Below are positions 13,086-24,020 of a stretch of DNA of 64,000 nucleotides, in pieces (position 1 is the first letter of the stretch; each line of letters opens with the position of its first letter). The DNA is taken from positions 960,001 through 1,024,000 of the forward strand of contig CAVQBA010000004.1 in NCBI GenBank assembly GCA_963710605.1, given 5' to 3'. The stretch is from an uncultured cyanobacterium (GTDB taxonomy: Bacteria > Cyanobacteriota > Cyanobacteriia > Cyanobacteriales > Cyanobacteriaceae). The position numbers were made by a program, and so were the translations under genes. The notes below the pieces were generated by a model. It was not told where the DNA came from and did no database searches. It saw only the letters and a program-made list of their open reading frames with translations.

Positions 13086-13406
13086 TCTTTAGTTAATAAT
13101 TGATAATTGCGGTCGAACTTCGGCGAGGTTTTCTCGCCTAGGAAACGCCGACTAAGACGATAATTAATAATTTGTCTTTTATCAATTATTTTTCTATGCA
13201 AATCTTTTGGTCTTAAAAAGAAAACAAAACAGGTGTTGCCAATCTAAGCAGAATTTCTAACTTAGAACTAAAAAAAGCAACATATTTATTTAATTGTTAA
13301 TTTTAATTGGCTAACTAATTTATAACAAGAATGTTTATGTTGATTGCCCATTGCTAAATTTACTTTATTTATTTGAAAATATTAATCTTATTTTTCATTA
13401 ATCGGG

Positions 13407-14612
13407 ATGTCTTTACCCATTCTCCAACCCCAATCTACAACCAACCCTCCTCAAATACGAGGTGATGTCACGATCGATCCTAATGTGATGATTGCTTCAG
13501 GAGTCATTTTGAATGCTACCCTTGGTTATCAGATAATCATCCATGCGGGTGTTTGTTTAGGTATGGGAACTATTATCACAGCCCATCAAGGTAATGTAGA
13601 AATTGAAGCTAACGCTATTCTAGGACCTGGTACTTTAATCTTAGGTAATTGTACAATAGGATCTCAAGCTTCATTGGGAACTTCAGTCACTGTCTATAAT
13701 GCTGATGTTGATGCTCTTGCCGTTATTTCTGCAGGTTCGATTATCGGTGATTCTTCTCGTCGTGTAGAGACAGTTGTCACAGAAAGTGTAGTTATTGATC
13801 AAGCAGAAGATATTATTCCTGCGGATAAAACTCGACACCAATCAATAAATAATAATAAAACTACATCGGCTCCTTCTCCAACACATAATAGCCACAATAA
13901 TATTAATACTGATAACAATCTTATTGATAAAATCAATCAATTAAATCAAAACGGTTATTCTCCTCATTCACCTGATATTTCTACTGCACAACCTGCCAAA
14001 GTCAAATCTCTTGATGAAGTAGAAGCGATGAAAGTAGGTAAAACAAAATCGATCGATCAAACCGAAGTTAGGAAACCAAGTAGAGTAGAATCGATTAATC
14101 AAACCGACAACGAAGTTAGGAATACGGGTAAGACAAAATCCCTAGAAGAAATCGAAGCGATGAAAGCTAGTAAACCAAAATCGATCGGTGAAACTGAGAC
14201 AGTCAAAAAAGGTAAGATAAAGTCGCTAGACGAAATTGAAGCGATGAAAGTGTTTAAAATAGCAGAAGAAAAAGCCAGAATACAAAACATAATAGAAACA
14301 AATAATCAACAACTATCATCACCACCTGCTCAGCAACCACGTCAGCAAATTAGTACCGAAGACGAGAAAAAGAAATATCAATCATATTTTTATCAAAATT
14401 ATCTCAACAAAGATATCCAATCATCGAATTCGCCAAGTAATAATCAATCACCACCAATAACATCAGAAGATACTCTACCTAATTCACCATCTAATTTATC
14501 TTCATCGCAATCGCAAAGTTTGGCTAAACCGCAACAAGTTGCTGGTAAAGCGTATATAAATCGTTTGCTTTATACACTTTTTCCTCATAAAAACAAGACA
14601 GATCATATATAA
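13407..14612 (+). CDS. ccmN: Carboxysome assembly protein CcmN
   Basis: N-terminal hexapeptide beta-helix, C-terminal encapsulation peptide (VAGKAYINRLLYTLFPH), follows ccmM. Confidence 0.9.
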   Translation: MSLPILQPQSTTNPPQIRGDVTIDPNVMIASGVILNATLGYQIIIHAGVCLGMGTIITAHQGNVEIEANAILGPGTLILGNCTIGSQASLGTSVTVYNADVDALAVISAGSIIGDSSRRVETVVTESVVIDQAEDIIPADKTRHQSINNNKTTSAPSPTHNSHNNINTDNNLIDKINQLNQNGYSPHSPDISTAQPAKVKSLDEVEAMKVGKTKSIDQTEVRKPSRVESINQTDNEVRNTGKTKSLEEIEAMKASKPKSIGETETVKKGKIKSLDEIEAMKVFKIAEEKARIQNIIETNNQQLSSPPAQQPRQQISTEDEKKKYQSYFYQNYLNKDIQSSNSPSNNQSPPITSEDTLPNSPSNLSSSQSQSLAKPQQVAGKAYINRLLYTLFPHKNKTDHI

Positions 14613-14665
14613 CAGAGAACAGTTAACAGTGAACAATGAACAATGAATAATTAACTCATTACTCC

Positions 14666-15727
14666 TTACTTCTCAATTATTCCCATCTTTACAGCCATTT
14701 GCTGAATAATTGGGTTGTTTGGTTCTCTTTTTAGGGCTAAGTGAGCATACTTACGACTGAGATCGTCTTTTCCAGCTTTTCTAGCTGTTCTGGCATATTG
14801 CATGGCATACATACCAGCTTGAGGAAAATCAGTTAAAACTTTTTGATAATTTTCTTCTATTTCTGTCCAAACTTCAGGACGATTATAATAAGCTTTTCTG
14901 TCAGGATAAAAAGTAGATAACCTCTCATGAGCTTGTACAAGTATTAAAGGTATTAAAGTCTTTCTAGGAGCATTTTCAACGGCTTCTCTGGCAAAGGTTA
15001 ATAACTCTACTTCACTTCCATACCAATTAGGATCAAGATACCTTGCTTTTTGACGGTAGTTGTAAGCCATATAAGAAAATTCGTTATTAGCTTGTCGAAA
15101 ATATTCTTCAAATTGCTCACGAGGCATACCTGTACTCGCACCAACAGTTAATATATGAGATAATAAGATAGGATTATTTGCATCTAGTTGTAATGCTTTT
15201 TGAGTATCTTCGATACTTAAAGATAAGTAGTAATGATATTTTTCCATTACGTTTTTAGGCGTTTCATTAGCAGAATTAGTACCTCTTATTTCCCATCCAT
15301 ATCTATAGTAAAACATTGCTCTAGTGGTATAAGCTAAAGAGCTATCAGGACTTTGTTTTATCCAACTATCAAAAGCATTAATCCAATTTTGGTCGAAATA
15401 AGGGGCGTAATCGTTAAATCCAGTTCTTAGTACGCTAATCGCATAATATGTACCTCCACGAGTAATATAAGAATTGTCAATCGCTTCATTTAAGACATTT
15501 TCAATTTCGTCATATTTACCTTCATATAAATGTTTAATCACAACTCTTGATTGTTTTTCAAAAGTAACTGGTGCTTGTTTTCTCGGCGTAAATTTAGTAT
15601 TGGTAACAGAAGTAGTAAAAGATGATGAATCAGTCGATTGTGGAGTGTTAAACTGATTGCCAGCACAATATCTTACTCCTACCGTAACCGTAATAGTTAG
15701 TAACGTAATGACTATTTTTCTATACAT
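14666..15727 (-). CDS. Exported TPR-like protein (DUF4034-like)
   Basis: N-terminal hydrophobic segment; W..QSPDS, YGWEIRG, YLDPNWYGS motifs resemble DUF4034 proteins. Confidence 0.6.
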   Translation of the reverse strand: MYRKIVITLLTITVTVGVRYCAGNQFNTPQSTDSSSFTTSVTNTKFTPRKQAPVTFEKQSRVVIKHLYEGKYDEIENVLNEAIDNSYITRGGTYYAISVLRTGFNDYAPYFDQNWINAFDSWIKQSPDSSLAYTTRAMFYYRYGWEIRGTNSANETPKNVMEKYHYYLSLSIEDTQKALQLDANNPILLSHILTVGASTGMPREQFEEYFRQANNEFSYMAYNYRQKARYLDPNWYGSEVELLTFAREAVENAPRKTLIPLILVQAHERLSTFYPDRKAYYNRPEVWTEIEENYQKVLTDFPQAGMYAMQYARTARKAGKDDLSRKYAHLALKREPNNPIIQQMAVKMGIIEK

Positions 15728-16170
15728 AGCTATATCGCTAATGATAAGTTATTCTAATTATTATTATTAACTATTTAGTTCACTTGGTAAAGAATAATGA
15801 TGATGAATTGTTGATAATATTTGAACTAAACTTATTTCAATTTGATAAATTTCGCATTAATTTTGACGCTCAAAATCTCAACTTTTCTGTTGTATTCTAT
15901 GTTAAAACTTTTTGAAGAATCGATCGTATAATTTTATTAATTGTTGATTAATTAAACAAAAATACACAAAATGTCAAAAGGGAAAAGTTCTAAGAGCAAA
16001 GACGGGATTTTAAACCCTTTATTTTTTAATGATCAAGTTTATAAATATTTAAAAAATAGCCTAAATATTTAGAGCAAAAGTTTACCTAATCAGCTCAAAT
16101 AAATAGGTAAACTGTCAAAAAGATCGTGCCGAATAATTAGAGGATTAATCTCGATCGAATTTATTCAATA

Positions 16171-16806
16171 TTACGGATAGATTTCTGCCTCGGTTATTCC
16201 TAATTCCGAAGCTAGTGCAGTTTGCAAATCAGCAGGTAGCAAAACTCTATTTACAGCATGAATAACACCATTACTAGCTTCGATATCAGCCATGATGACG
16301 TTAGCATTATTTATAATAACTCCATCATCATTTACTTCTATTGCTAATCCTCCATCAAGACTTTCTACTTCACCACTTGATATTTCACTTGATGTAACTT
16401 TATTTGGTAAGACATGATAAGAAAGCACTTTTTGTAAAACTGTTTTGTTTTCGGGCTTTAATAAGTACTCCAACGCACCATCTGGCAACTGGCTAAATGC
16501 TTCATTTGTGGGAGCAAAAACTGTATAGGATGCAGTATCATCAGATAATACTTCTACTAATTCTGCCGCTCCTACTGCTTTTACTAAAGTACTAAATGTT
16601 TCGTTTCCTACTGCTACTTCAACAATATTTCCTACTGCTGAGCTACTCGAATCACTTACCGGCATTTTTTCCATTTCCGAAGAAGATACTTTTGTACCTG
16701 AGCAATCATCAGCTAATGCAGGAAAAACAGACATTGAACTTATTCCTAAAATAGTAGCGAGGACAACTATTATCTGAGAAGTTTTTGTTAAGTTATTAAG
16801 TTTCAT
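16171..16806 (-). CDS. Fasciclin (FAS1) domain protein
   Basis: Signal peptide, YTVFAPTNEAF, LSYHV, ASNGVIHAVNRVLLP. Confidence 0.92.
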   Translation of the reverse strand: MKLNNLTKTSQIIVVLATILGISSMSVFPALADDCSGTKVSSSEMEKMPVSDSSSSAVGNIVEVAVGNETFSTLVKAVGAAELVEVLSDDTASYTVFAPTNEAFSQLPDGALEYLLKPENKTVLQKVLSYHVLPNKVTSSEISSGEVESLDGGLAIEVNDDGVIINNANVIMADIEASNGVIHAVNRVLLPADLQTALASELGITEAEIYP

Positions 16807-17205
16807 AATATTGCGAAATATAAAGTTATATAACAATAGTAATATTGATTAGATTTATCTTTATCTAACTTTAGACATAGATTAAATCATGAAAATATCA
16901 ATAATTGAAATATTAGAATAATAGTAATTAATTACTATCTTTTTTTAATAATAAAACGAGGCTTTTTCTTCTTGATCTTGATTTGTTTAATAGAGTAATA
17001 TCATCAGAAAAAATGTTTAATTTAAGCTAAAAGAGTTTTGAAGATAGCTTTGAATATATTACACATTGCATACACATAATTCAATAAAACTAGCGAATAC
17101 TTTTTAATTATTTAGAATTAGAATAATAGTTCAGCCTTTATTTGTGTCTTCAGTAACTGGTATATTTGTAATGGATAGTGTTGTTGATTAGGGAATTGTT
17201 GACTA

Positions 17206-18402
17206 ATGAAATTTTCTGCTTTAGATTCTTTAAAAGAAAACTTCCGTAAAACCTTCGATTTATTTCGGGTAGATGAAGCTCAAATCGCTGAAATATTAGA
17301 GTCAGTTCGATCGCAATTACCGACAACATCAGCACTTTTGATTGGTAAACCACAAGCAGGAAAAAGTTCGATCGTACGTGGTTTAACTCAAGTAGGAAGC
17401 GATATTGTCGGTCAAGGTTTTCGCCCTCATACTCAAAACACTGAACGTTATGCTTACCCATCCGATGATTTACCGTTACTCATTTTTACTGATACGGTTG
17501 GCTTAGGAGATGGCTTACAAAATGTCGAAGAAATTATCACTGAATTAAATCAAGAGTTAGAAAGCAAAAAAAATCAAGCTACAATTTTGATTGTTACAGT
17601 TAAGATTAATGATTTTGCCACTGATAGCTTAAAAGAAATTATCACTGAACTTAAAGAAAAACATCCTCAAATACCTTGTTTATTAGTCGTTACTTGTGTT
17701 CATGAACTTTACCCGAACATTGATACACCTCACCCTAATTATCCGCCTCTTTTACTCTCAGTTAATCAAGCATTTGACACCATTAAAGATAATTTTAAGG
17801 ATTTATTCGATCGAGCGATTTTAATTGATTTTACCCTTGAAGAAGATGGTTATGATCCTGTTTTTTATGGTTTAGAGACTCTAATTGATTCTTTAGCTGA
17901 ATTATTACCTTCAGCCGAAGCACAGACAATACATCAACTTTTAGATGAAACGGCTGATTCTCAGTTAGGTGATTTATACAGAGAAGTAGCCAGACGCTAT
18001 ATTTTGGCTTTTTCGGTGATGGCGGCAACACTTTCGGCAGTCCCTCTCCCTTTTGCGACTATGCCTGTTCTAACAGCGTTAGAAGTGACAATGGTGGGTG
18101 TTTTAGGTAAACTTTACGGTCAAAAAATAAGTATTACTCAAGCTGGAGGAATCTTAAGTGCGATCGCAGGAGGATTTATAGCCAAAGCGATCGGTCGAGA
18201 ATTACTTAAATTTGTGCCGGGTTTAGGTTCAGTTGTTGCCGCTTCTTGGGCAGGTGCTTATACATGGGCTTTAGGAGAAGGTGCTTGTAGTTATTTTGGT
18301 GATATGGCAGGAGGTAAAAACCCCGACCCCCAAAAGATTCAAGAAGTTATGAGAACGGCATTTGCTGATGCCCAAAAACGTTTTAAAGATAACAAAAAGT
18401 AA
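17206..18402 (+). CDS. GTPase + DUF697 (YcjF-like) protein
   Basis: GKPQAGKSS, DTVGLG, C-terminal LLKFVPGLGS hydrophobic domain. Confidence 0.8.
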   Translation: MKFSALDSLKENFRKTFDLFRVDEAQIAEILESVRSQLPTTSALLIGKPQAGKSSIVRGLTQVGSDIVGQGFRPHTQNTERYAYPSDDLPLLIFTDTVGLGDGLQNVEEIITELNQELESKKNQATILIVTVKINDFATDSLKEIITELKEKHPQIPCLLVVTCVHELYPNIDTPHPNYPPLLLSVNQAFDTIKDNFKDLFDRAILIDFTLEEDGYDPVFYGLETLIDSLAELLPSAEAQTIHQLLDETADSQLGDLYREVARRYILAFSVMAATLSAVPLPFATMPVLTALEVTMVGVLGKLYGQKISITQAGGILSAIAGGFIAKAIGRELLKFVPGLGSVVAASWAGAYTWALGEGACSYFGDMAGGKNPDPQKIQEVMRTAFADAQKRFKDNKK

Positions 18403-18404
18403 AA

Positions 18405-18513
18405 TATAGCAATTATCACCATTACGAGGTACATATCGATCCCCCTAAATCCCCCTTGTTAAGGGGGACTTGTCGATCGCTAACTGTACTTCACAAGTAT
18501 GGGAAACGCTATA
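18405..18513. repeat. TATAG-bounded MITE-like element
   Basis: TATAGC...GCTATA ends; internal CCCCCTTGTTAAGGGGG hairpin; shorter homologue of 7255-7455. Confidence 0.75.
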
Positions 18514-19474
18514 TCAGTAGGGAATTAAATTAAGATCTTGAAATATAAGCTGTAATGAAACAAGAAAGACGAGCATGGGCTAAATCCATCGAAAAACCAG
18601 GTGTTGAATTTCCTCTAACTCAATTAAAAGTAATTTCTGGCAAAATACCACCAATAACAGGTAGTCTTTATCAAAATGGGGCAGGGCGTTTAGAACGAGG
18701 CGGACAAAAAGTCGGGCATTGGTTTGATGGAGATGGTGCTGTTTTAGCAGTACATTTTGAACAAGAGCGAGCAACTGCTGTTTATCGATATGTTCAGACA
18801 AAAGGATACCTAGAAGAAACATCAGCTAATAAATTACTATACGGTAATTACGGTATGACCGCTCCTGGAGCAATTTGGAATAGATGGTTAAAACCCGTCA
18901 AAAATAGTGCAAATACTTCTGTTTTAGCTTTAAGCGATCGTTTATTAACACTATGGGAAGGCGGTCAACCTCATGCTTTAGATTTAAAAGATTTAACGAC
19001 TTTAGGTTTAGATTGTTTAGATCAATTAGAATCAGGATTGAATTATTCGGCACATCCAAAACGAGATCCTCTTACTGATAGAATTTATAACTTTGGGGTT
19101 AATATCGATGGTTTTGATGCTAAATTAAATCTTTACGAAAGTAACCCTGAAGGAAAAATAACTAAAAAATCAGCTTTTTCGTTAAAAGGTATTCCTTTAG
19201 TACATGATTTTGTCATGGCTGGCTCTTATCTTATTTTTCTGATTCCACCTGTGAGACTTGATTTTTTCTCAATAATTAGTGGTTTTTCTAGTTATAGCGA
19301 TGCTTTGAAATGGCATCCGGAGTTAGGAACTCAAATTTTGGTTTTTGACCGAGACAACCTACAATTAGTAAGTCAAGGACAAACAGATTCTTGGTTTCAA
19401 TGGCATTTTGGCAACGGTTATCAAGATACATTGGGTAACGTTACGCTAGATTTTGTCCGCTATGAAGATTTTAA

Positions 19475-20871
19475 CAAAATGGAGAAAGAAGTCCCACACT
19501 CTATTTTTCGATTAACATACCCATAAAATGAGTGATGGGATGAATTTCAACCAACAAAGCAAAGTCTGATTAAGACATTAGTTCCAAAATTACAATCTTG
19601 TGGTAAGATTATTTTCTCATGATTTATAGTAAATGATAAATGCACAGAGCTATCAAAATCAGATTGTATCCAACTAGTACTCAAGCCCAAAAACTGACTC
19701 AAGTAATGGGTTGCAGTCGTTGGTGGTATAATTATGCACTGGATTTATGTAATAAAACTTATAAAGAAACAGGTAAGGGGCTCAATCGTTCAGCTATAAA
19801 TGCCTATTTGCCCAAACTAAAAAGCGATGAACAGACAGCTTGGTTAAAAGAATGCTACTCTCAAGTCTTACAGTCAGCAACTCTTAATCTCACTAAAGCA
19901 TTTAAAAACTTCTTTGAGAAACGAGCAAAATACCCACGGTTTAAAAGTTACCATGGTAAACAGTCTTGTCAGTATCCACAAAGTGTTTTGATCATTGATG
20001 GATGTTTGAAAATACCACAATTAGGTTTAGTTAAAGCCTCTATTCATCGTATCTTTGAGGGTAAGATTAAAACGGTTACTGTAAGTAAAACACCAACAGG
20101 TAAATACTTTGCGAGTCTTCTATTTGAGACAGAAGAGGAACTCCCAAAGGTTATTGTGACAGGTAAGATAGCTGGTATTGATTTAGGGATTAAACATTTT
20201 GCTATCGTCAATGATGGTACTAAAACAAGCAAGTATTCTAATCCTAGACAGATTAAAAAACATGAAAGGAACTTACGGCGAAAACAGCAAAAACTGGCTC
20301 GTAAGCAAAAAGGTTCTAAACAAAGAGAAAAAGCACGACTGTTAGTAGCTAAAGTACACGAACATACAAGCAATGCCCGTCACGATTTCGTGCACAAACT
20401 TTCGAGAAAGATTGTTGATAATAATCAAGTAATCTGCGTCGAAAAACTAAATATCAAGGGTATGGTTCGTAATCACTGTTTAGCCAAAGCAATATCTGAT
20501 GTTGGATGGGGAACTTTGATCAATTTCTTGGACTATAAACTCAAACTTAAAGGTGGGTTATTAGTTGAAGTTGACAGATGGTTTCCGAGTTCAAAAACTT
20601 GTTCCAACTGCTTAGAGCAAATGTCTGAAATGCCTTTAGACGTAAGAGAGTGGACTTGTCCTAGTTGTGGTACTATCCATGACAGGGATGAAAATGCTTC
20701 AAAAAATATAAGAGCCGAAGGAATAAGAATAATACAAACGGATGGAACAGCCGTTTCTGCATCTGGAGAATCAGTAAGACCAAAAGGTGGGCGTAAGTCT
20801 GTCTTGAGGCATGAATCTGTGAAGGATGAAGCCTACACTATAAATTTTTAATTTTAGTGTGGGTAGTTCAC
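19475..20871 (+). mobile_element. IS200/IS605-family (IS1341-type, tnpB-only) insertion sequence
   Basis: Boundaries deduced from host-gene frame restoration; no target duplication; subterminal hairpins at both ends; right end ...GGGTAGTTCAC. Confidence 0.88.
19640..20851 (+). CDS. tnpB: RNA-guided endonuclease TnpB
   Basis: KIRLYP HTH, GIDLG, CVEKL, SSKTCSNC..WTCPSC zinc finger, HDRDENA. Confidence 0.96.
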   Translation: MHRAIKIRLYPTSTQAQKLTQVMGCSRWWYNYALDLCNKTYKETGKGLNRSAINAYLPKLKSDEQTAWLKECYSQVLQSATLNLTKAFKNFFEKRAKYPRFKSYHGKQSCQYPQSVLIIDGCLKIPQLGLVKASIHRIFEGKIKTVTVSKTPTGKYFASLLFETEEELPKVIVTGKIAGIDLGIKHFAIVNDGTKTSKYSNPRQIKKHERNLRRKQQKLARKQKGSKQREKARLLVAKVHEHTSNARHDFVHKLSRKIVDNNQVICVEKLNIKGMVRNHCLAKAISDVGWGTLINFLDYKLKLKGGLLVEVDRWFPSSKTCSNCLEQMSEMPLDVREWTCPSCGTIHDRDENASKNIRAEGIRIIQTDGTAVSASGESVRPKGGRKSVLRHESVKDEAYTINF

Positions 20872-21469
20872 CCAAACTAATCAACATTTGAAAGAAGTAC
20901 CATTAGGGCAAACTTCAACTTTTACACTAGGTACTTTATGGAAAATGTGTCTTAATCCACACACAGCAGAAGTTTTACTTTTAGAACAAGTTACCCAACG
21001 AGCGGTTGATTTTCCGATGGTTAGTTCGACTCAAGTAGGACAAAAATGGTCATCTACTTATTTAAATATTCATCGTCAAGGAATTGATCCAATTCAAGAG
21101 CGTTATAATACGATCGCTCGTTTTGATTACGAAAATAATACTTTAACTGAAGCTGACTTAGGAGAAAATTGTTATCCTTCGGAAGTAACTATAGTACCTT
21201 CAACTGAAGAGCCGGCAAAGGATTGGATTTTAACTGTAGTTTATGATGGAAACTCTCATTGCTCTCAACTTTATATTTTTGATAGTGAAAGACTAACTGA
21301 TGAACCTGTTTGTATTTTAGCATTACCGACAGTTATTCCTTTACCATTTCATAGCACTTGGAATAGTGCTGAGTGAGTTAATCAATAAACGTCTAATTTG
21401 AATTTGAAGTTAAAGACAAAAGTATAAATCATCAAAGCTATATTATATTTCTCGATCGTAAGTGGTAAC

Positions 21470-21585
21470 TATAGTCGAATGAATTTGTGATTACTTATAC
21501 TTTCGCCAACCCCTCACTCATCTCCCCTTCAAAGAGGAGACTTTCATCAACACAAAAAGTGCAGTTATAAATTCATTTAGCTATA
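21470..21585. repeat. MITE-like element with terminal inverted repeats
   Basis: TATAGTCGAATGAATTT ... AAATTCATTTAGCTATA imperfect TIRs; internal TCTCCCCTTCAAAGAGGAGA hairpin. Confidence 0.65.
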
Positions 21586-21828
21586 TAACTAACTAGAGCG
21601 TGTAATACAGTTTGTGTTTGGCTGATGTAACTTGTCAAATTTTAATCTGATTTAGATTAGATGTATTTAAGTATTATTAAGAAAATTAAAAAAACTAATC
21701 TTAGTGACTGGGTTAATCTTATGATGATTAATTAATAATCGATTGAGAAATTAGATCATTTTTCAGCATTATCGATCGATTTATAGACAATTGTTAATTG
21801 TTAATTGTTAATTATTCATTGTTAAAAT

Positions 21829-22656
21829 ATGTCTTTATCACTAACTCATTCTCGTGCAGAAGTTTTAGCTATTGTTCAAGAAAATAAAAGTCTTGAAGGG
21901 GCAAATTTACAAAATATGGATTTGTCAGAAGTAGATTTATCTTCAGCTAATTTAGAAAACGCTAATTTGATTGGTGTCGATTTATCTTCAGCTAATTTAG
22001 AAAATGCTAATTTAAAAGGTGCTGATTTGAGAGGCGTATCTTTTCAAGGTGCTAATTTAAAAGGTGCTAATTTAAGTGATAGTTTGTTACAACGATCGCA
22101 ATTACAAGGTGTTAATTTAAGCAATGCCAACTTAGAATCTGCCAAACTAGATTTAGCATATTACGATAGTCATACCCAATGGCCAGATAACTATCAATAT
22201 ACCAAATCAGGAGCAGTTGGACCAAAAGCTTCATTGAGCTGTGCTTTTTTGAATACAGCTAATTTACGCAACATTGACTTAAGTGGAGCAAATTTACGTG
22301 GTGCATATCTTAGTGGTGCGGATTTAACAGGAGCGAATTTAGCAGGGGCGGCACTTAGCGGTGCTAATTTAAAGTATGCTTTTTTGACAGGTGCAAATTT
22401 GGCAGGGGCGATATTTGTTTCGGCTGAATTAGAAGGTGCAGATATGCGAGCAACTAATTTAACGGATGCTAATTTTGATAATTTGCAAAGTATTGCTGGT
22501 GCTGATTTTAGTTTAGCTTGTGGTTTGAATGAGCGTACTAGAGCAATTTTTCATAGTTTTTCTTCTCAAGATTTAAATACATGGAATACTTTTACTCGTA
22601 ATAATACCAAAAACAGTTTAGAAGGTTTACGCTCAGACGATTTGATTGCTAACTAA
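21829..22656 (+). CDS. Pentapeptide repeat protein
   Basis: Two blocks of A(N/D)LxX repeats. Confidence 0.92.
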   Translation: MSLSLTHSRAEVLAIVQENKSLEGANLQNMDLSEVDLSSANLENANLIGVDLSSANLENANLKGADLRGVSFQGANLKGANLSDSLLQRSQLQGVNLSNANLESAKLDLAYYDSHTQWPDNYQYTKSGAVGPKASLSCAFLNTANLRNIDLSGANLRGAYLSGADLTGANLAGAALSGANLKYAFLTGANLAGAIFVSAELEGADMRATNLTDANFDNLQSIAGADFSLACGLNERTRAIFHSFSSQDLNTWNTFTRNNTKNSLEGLRSDDLIAN

Positions 22657-22698
22657 ACTACAGTTAACTTGATTACTAATAAAATTAATTTTCTCCTG

Positions 22699-23610
22699 AT
22701 GAATCAAAATAATATCGCTTACAAAGCTAATTCTATTCAAATATCTCCTGAAGAAACCGATCGATTATTAATTCAAGTAGAAGAAAAATTATTCGTACAA
22801 AAAAATTTCGATTTTAATGATCATAAAACGATCGCACTTATGGTTGAAAGTATGGGCGATTCACGGGGAATGATGCGATTAAAATTCGCTGAAAGATTAG
22901 GTATAGTTGGTAAACCAGCAACTCCTTTTTTACTCGAAGCCTTAGCCAATCACTCTAATCCTGTCGTCAGACGTGCTAGTGCTAAAACCCTAACCTTAAT
23001 TGCTGATCCTGAAAACGTACCACATTTGATTTATTCTTTACTTCACGACGAAGACTTAGTGGTCAAAAACTCTTGTATAGGTGCTTTAGCCCGTACAGGT
23101 AAAGCCTCTGTACCAGAATTATTAAAAATTATCGCTAATGAATCAGACGAAGCCTTAAAAGGTCACGCCGCTTGGGCTTTAGCTTTTATTGGTAGTAAAG
23201 CAGAAGAGTATCTTTATCAAGCCCTAAATTCTGATTCAATTGATGTTCGTTGTGCGGTGATTAATGCCCTAGGTAGTTTAGTACAAGAGCGAGATGATGA
23301 AAATGCTTTAAAAATTTTAGTTGATTCTCTTCAGGATTCTGAACCAATTATTCGTAGTGAGGCGGCCGCTATTTTAAGTAAAATAAATCGTCCTGAAGTC
23401 GTTGATAATTTACTCGCTTCGATCGATGATTCTTCTGCTGAAGTACGTAAAGCGATCGCCTTAGCATTAATGAAAATAGGTAATATAGAAACGATTAAGC
23501 CCTTAGAGCAAGCATTACAAAACGAAACCGAAGATCGTATTAAACCAATTTTTACATTGGCTATTAATCAAATTAAACGTAATGCCGATTTAACTGATGA
23601 TGATTGGTAA
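22699..23610 (+). CDS. HEAT-repeat phycobiliprotein lyase (CpeF/MpeU-like)
   Basis: MVESMGDSRGMMRL, LLEALANHSNPVVRRASAKTLTLIADP resemble E/F-clan phycoerythrin lyases (from memory). Confidence 0.7.
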   Translation: MNQNNIAYKANSIQISPEETDRLLIQVEEKLFVQKNFDFNDHKTIALMVESMGDSRGMMRLKFAERLGIVGKPATPFLLEALANHSNPVVRRASAKTLTLIADPENVPHLIYSLLHDEDLVVKNSCIGALARTGKASVPELLKIIANESDEALKGHAAWALAFIGSKAEEYLYQALNSDSIDVRCAVINALGSLVQERDDENALKILVDSLQDSEPIIRSEAAAILSKINRPEVVDNLLASIDDSSAEVRKAIALALMKIGNIETIKPLEQALQNETEDRIKPIFTLAINQIKRNADLTDDDW

Positions 23611-24020
23611 TTAGTGGATATGGGGTAATCTTTGTTTAGTTTTTACTTAAAATATCGGTACAAAGCAAATCCTTGACCATCAATTAGAAAAATTAGTTGT
23701 CTTAGCAAAGGGAGAATCAATTGAAGGCAATTATTTTTATTTATAATCTAAAATATATAACTTAATAAGACAGTTACGATTAACAGCTTAGATAGCAATT
23801 TATATATGTTTGAGGACGATCGTTTAATAGTATTAAGCCAAATTAAAATGTAAATTATCTAAAAATAATGTCAAAATTAATTTTAATGATCATCAAATTA
23901 CTGCCATTGTTAAAATGAAGATACTCAACATACAAATATTACTTTATGTTAACAATAATCTTGATCTAACATTAATCTGAGCAATTTAATCTTCATTTCC
24001 AGTCGCTAATTATTAATTAT

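Larger units (their letters stand above)
18555..21376 (+). pseudogene. Carotenoid cleavage dioxygenase interrupted by an IS element
   Basis: HWFDGDG, NSANTS, SAHPK, VHDF in the 5' part; PSE, LPFHSTW in the 3' part. Joining 19474 to 20872 restores the frame (YEDFN-QTNQHLKEV). Confidence 0.92.

Noticed and set aside
14613-14650. Heptamer-like runs (AACAGTG/AACAATG; also TTGTTAA at ~21790)
   Set aside because: Ordinary short tandem repeats of cyanobacterial intergenic DNA.
19475-19639. IStron (group I intron plus IS) that would splice out of the oxygenase mRNA
   Set aside because: Only ~165 nt precede tnpB, too short for a group I core, and I saw no intron motifs.
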